The notes under the pieces are model-generated. The model did not search any database and was not told the DNA's origin. It worked only from the letters and a program-made list of their open reading frames with translations. From Toensbergia leucococca (Eukaryota), in contig JALDZS010000068.1 of NCBI GenBank assembly GCA_022813965.1, forward strand, positions 62,001 to 114,816: a stretch of DNA of 52,816 bases. The letters are read 5' to 3'. Made by a program: the position numbers and the translations under genes. Shown one piece after another: positions 48,707-52,816 of the stretch (positions are counted from its first letter, which is position 1; every line of letters begins with the position of its first letter).

Positions 48707-49729
48707 GAAAAAAATGATCGAGACTTTGCAATTGATGATACCCACTTCGATGGCGTGCATACGACTCCACGACTTCAGCGATGGCGTTACCGGGTAATTT
48801 TTCGTGGAGTTCAATGAATCTAATGCTGCCCGCTTTTCGTTTCCGGCAAAGGAATACGGTAACGGCGCTTTCTCATCTGGCGAAGAAGATAATTACTCTA
48901 GTTCGTAATATCATCAAAGAGCTTTCCTCTTCTCCATATTATTTATGGCGAATTGGCTACAATTTTTTTCCAGAAATAACCTTCCATTCATGTTATTCTT
49001 TTACTTTACTTGGCACTCTTCACGCTTAGAAAAGCGCCAATTCATTTTGTGTGGTCGTTGTTGTTGTTGAGGAAGATTGTGCGGTATGTTTCCGGTATCT
49101 TTGTACATATGTACTGGCGGATGATGGTTGCTGGGATGACGAGGAGATGAGGGCGGTCCGGAGCGCTGGAGCGGAAATGCGTAATTTGGTGGAATGTGGA
49201 TTGAAAAATCTACTGCGTAGACAGATGAGCCAAATCAAAGATTCAAAACAAGCCGTCTGGGTTTCTTTTCGTGTGTGCATCTCGTGCTAGAAGAGTCACC
49301 GGCCCACGTTTTGACGAGTCATCCTTTTCCGATCATCCCCCCTCCCTCCCCCTTTGTAGCTAACCGTCCTCTGCGCTAGACATACCCTTTTTATTTTATT
49401 TTTTTTTCTCGTTCCCTCACTTCCTGAGGAAAAGGGGAGGGGGGCGCTATTCTTGGGTTCCGAGTTGCTCTTGGATCGGGGAGTTTCTGTTTTACTCGCA
49501 TCCTCCCTCGGCTTTGTCATCAAAACCCCCCTTTTTTACTCCCTAAGCTGGGTAGATTTTCAAACTCCTAACCCTTTTTCTTTTTTTTTTTTTTTCCTTT
49601 TTTGAGGGTTTACTTGGGGGTAAGAGTGGAGTAATGTTTTTTTTTTATCCTCTTTTTTTTTGGGTTGGGAGGAATACTGTGATTGCTTTGTCTCACGCTA
49701 CCGCCCCCTCTTGCTTTTCGGGCTTTTTT

Positions 49730-49980
49730 GGGGGAGAGGGGTGGGTTGGGTTGGGTTGGGGTATAGAGGTTATGGGACGGTGATGATTGCTGGAGATATG
49801 GGAAGTTTCTTGGGGGGAGGTTGAGAGGGTGGTAAGGGTGGTGGTGAGGGTGGTAAGGGGGATTGGCCTGGGTGAGGTTGGAGGGTTTTGGAGTAGGGTT
49901 TGTGTGGGGAGGGCTGAAGGGAAGGTGGGGTGAGAGGTTGTGGGATGTGAAGATGAGGCAGGGTTGGAAGGACGGGGGTA
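49730..49980. repeat. G-run-rich low-complexity tract including GGGTGGGTTGGGTTGGGTTGGGG, preceded by poly-T runs
   Basis: Read directly from the sequence; lies between the convergent 3' ends of RAX2 and the secreted-protein gene. Confidence 0.7.
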
Positions 49981-50057
49981 TTGCTACTCGTGGTGCACAA
50001 CCATTTACAAAAAAAAAAAAGGTATGTATTGTTCCAGTTCAAGCCCTACCCATTCAC

Positions 50058-50943
50058 TCACGAAACCGTCGTCAAGAACAACATCCCCGGCCCCGCTCCC
50101 ACCGGTAACACCACCCTCGCATCCAGCAAATCCGCCGCCTCGGGCACCGGCTGCAGCTCAACATCGTAGCATCCCTCACACCCGGCCGTCCCATTCGGCA
50201 AGCTCCCAAAATGCGGCACGTTCCCCACACTCGCCAACTTGGCATAAGCGCTCAAGTGCAACTCCTGCGCCAGCAACGACGTCGTCATGCTCGGTCCCGT
50301 CAGCACTGCATCGGCGGCGAGGTTCTGATAGAACATGTTGCCGACGCGGTTGTTGATCTGGACGCTGCCAAAAGACTGCCTGCCTAGGACGGTGGCGATG
50401 CGGACGAAGGTTTGGGTGGAGATGCAGTAGGCTTCGCGGACGAAGAAAGCGGGTATCTCGAAGAAGACGCGCTCGACGCAGATTTCTGAGGGGAGGCACG
50501 AACCGGCGGTGTCGACGGGGTCGAGGTCGAAGTGGTCTTCTGGGGGCCGGCAGTGCATGGTCCAGGCTTGGGGGCTTGAGGTACGGTTGCATCTGGCTTC
50601 GACGTTGATGAAATTTATCCACGGAGGGGGGCAGTTTAAAGGGGAGTGGATACGCTTGGTGAGAGAGGTTGTGGTGTGATGGGCGTGCATTAGGGTTATG
50701 GAGGCGGAAATGTCTTGGCCCGTGGTGTCGGTTGCGGTTGCGAAGATGCTGAGGTTGGTTATCGTGGCTCTGTGAGACATGAGAAGAGTTAGCTATCAGC
50801 GGCGGAGTGAGTGTGATGCTGAGATTGTTTTACCTGTTTGTTAAGAGTTGGTTTTGGATTGAGGGAGGTGGGTGGGCGAGTGTGAAGTGGACAAAGCATG
50901 AAAAGGTCAACAATGCTGATTTGATGTCAGTGGTTACATGCAT
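50058..50943 (-). CDS. Uncharacterised secreted cysteine-rich protein (~273 aa), 2 exons
   Basis: Exon 1 (50943-50834) encodes MHVTTDIKSALLTFSCFVHFTLA|HP, a signal-peptide-like segment. Intron 50833-50770 (GTAAAA..GCTAAC..CAG) is phase-consistent with ORF 50058-50780. Kex2-like LTKR site followed by 8 Cys; C/G-ending codon bias. Confidence 0.75.
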
Positions 50944-52188
50944 AATTTGGTGGATTGTTTTTTTGGATCAAGTCAGGGCCATTGTGCTATTGACCAAAAG
51001 CATTGTAGGTTATAAGAAGGTAGAAAAAAGGTGCATGAGATATGGAGGGTCAGTAAATATATTCCCTAAGGGTGACTTTCTTCCTCCCGCGCGCAAATAG
51101 CTGTCATTTGCCGGGGGGCTTGAAATGGACATGGCGTGACATGTTTGTTAGCGGATAAGGCATTCGATGTCGAGTCTTGTGAGAAGGAGAGTGACACAGC
51201 TGCTTATCAAAAATCGGCACTCAGGAGATGATATAAAGCTGTCAGAGTTCATTTGTTCTGTTTGCAAGACTTGTAACAGGATTGATGCAAGAGGCATGGA
51301 AAGATGATGAATAATAAAGAGCTGAGACGGTTTTATATGCGGTGATGGATCTGAGACGACTAATGACAAGAAGGGATCCTCTTGAGACACGCATACAACG
51401 TGGACGTTTAAAGCGTTGCAGACGGAGCGTTGCCAAACCTTTTCTCAACCACTCGGAAAGTTTCATTTTGACATTTTGAGAATGACGCAGGCGTTTCAAG
51501 TGACATTTCATGGCTGCTCTTACTCCCTCAACACACAACGAGAAGTAGGTACTGTGGGTGTGATAGACTTGGCAACTCGGAGGCTATCAAGGATAAACAA
51601 GACCAATCGTTCATTGCTGAATTCGGATTCAAGGACCGAAGCCAACACATGGTCAAGATGAGCTTAATTAACATGCAATAGAGTGTCAATCAGCAATAGA
51701 GAAGTGTATGCAATGAGAAAACATGGTGTTCAGCCTGGAAACACAGCTAGGCTTCTCAATTTTCACAATGATCGGGCGGTCCTCATCCTTAACAATGCCA
51801 ATGGCTGTAGACCTATCCCTGGCTTTGAATATTTGTCAGCGCCATATTCATGAAGAGGTCAAAGTTGCCATTGAGAGTAGCCACGTCTCCGACGGATGTC
51901 CAAAATAGGGATCCATCTTCTTTTCATTGCTCTCTTCGTCCTCTCCCTTGAGACGGGAGTTTCAGAAAGCTGGAGGCTAGAAAAAGTCGATTTAATCAGG
52001 CAGAGAATGTAAGCAAATTAATGATGAAAAAGTGCATGTTCTGAGTGTGTGAGTTCGCAAGCTGCAAGGTTGTTATTTCAATAAGGTACCAAGGAAAGTT
52101 GAAGCCATTGCTTGCGGGCACTCTCGACTGACCCTCGGACCTCGATAATGCTATACTAGTGCTTACAAGACGGCCAATATCGCTACCA

Positions 52189-52211
52189 ATTACCCATTAC
52201 CCATTACCCAT
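52189..52211. repeat. (ATTACCC)3 7-bp tandem repeat
   Basis: ATTACCCATTACCCATTACCCAT read directly from the sequence. Confidence 0.7.
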
Positions 52212-52816
52212 CATTTAAGTTGATAAGCCGTCCCGACCGCATGCGCATCAGCATTTGCCCCCTACATGTCTTGATCTCCTTCCCCTCTCTCCGCTCTCAC
52301 CGATATCTTGCAGACAACGGCTCCCTCCCGGACCCGTGATGCTTAGTCTCCGTTGACCTGTTCTAGAATACAGCAGGCCGAGGTTGTCCATTGACGTCTT
52401 TCAGTACGGATGACTCTTCGGGGCTTCTGCTTCTTTTGCCTTCCTCGGCCCTTCTACTGACGAGGTGACCTACCGAACGGAATCTAAAGATTAAATGCCG
52501 CTTTGGGGCTATCTAGATGCCGATGGCCCTAAGTGTACTAAGTGTGTATGTAAGTGAGATAGTGAAACAATGGAAATGTGGGGCAAGATCCGTAGACGCG
52601 ACGCGTTTCTTGCCAGTCAATCTTCCTTGCCGCCACTCATAACGGCATGGATCTTGGCACAAGATAGGCACAACATGCATGGCGGATTCGTAATCATGTC
52701 TTACCGGTACGAGGTCAATTTTTAAAGTATTGCAAATGGCCAACGTAGGAACTGCGGCTTGGCATAGAACAGGTCAGTTATCGTGATTTTCACCTATTCT
52801 ACAAGTATGAACATCA

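Noticed and set aside
52189..52211. (ATTACCC)3 and the GGGTT repeats at 49740 as telomeric sequence
   Set aside because: Not the TTAGGG unit, only three copies, and no subtelomeric context.
1..52816. CRISPR arrays, prophage or prokaryotic defence systems, rRNA/tRNA genes, intact transposases, secondary-metabolite clusters
   Set aside because: Intron-rich fungal housekeeping region. No repeat-spacer array, cloverleaf, RT/transposase or PKS/NRPS motif was seen by eye. Small ncRNAs cannot be excluded without a covariance-model search.

Overview
Gene-dense eukaryotic DNA from a filamentous ascomycete (Pezizomycotina). This is inferred from short 45-95 nt introns with CTRAY branch sites and from the gene content; the species cannot be read from the sequence. 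About 20 spliced protein-coding genes could be reconstructed by hand: palB/RIM13 calpain, two adjacent C2H2 zinc-finger genes, an APH/ACAD10-11-like phosphotransferase, dUTPase, pyridoxal kinase, PCNA, vezatin, EMC6, DIP2/UTP12, ARPC2, LCL3 nuclease, SEC9, flbC, SF3B1, U2AF large subunit, OGG1, RAX2, and two genes I do not recognise. No rRNA, tRNA, CRISPR array or intact transposon was seen. The main leads are: (1) an unrecognised 3-exon, 205-aa gene (33874-34667) with hydrophobic segments at both ends and a set of PP1-docking motifs (RVKW, SILK, and a splice-assembled KSVRF-phi-phi), a candidate membrane-anchored PP1/Glc7 targeting subunit; (2) a C2H2 factor that appears to start at a CUG in strong context; (3) an 83-bp TA-bounded hairpin whose termini match a TACGAGTA/TACTCCGTA motif scattered through intergenic DNA; (4) several splicing oddities (split ATG in PCNA, three GC-AG introns, GAG acceptors, a possibly exonised intron in U2AF65); (5) a Cys-rich secreted effector-like gene. 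All gene models and homology calls are manual and unverified by search.
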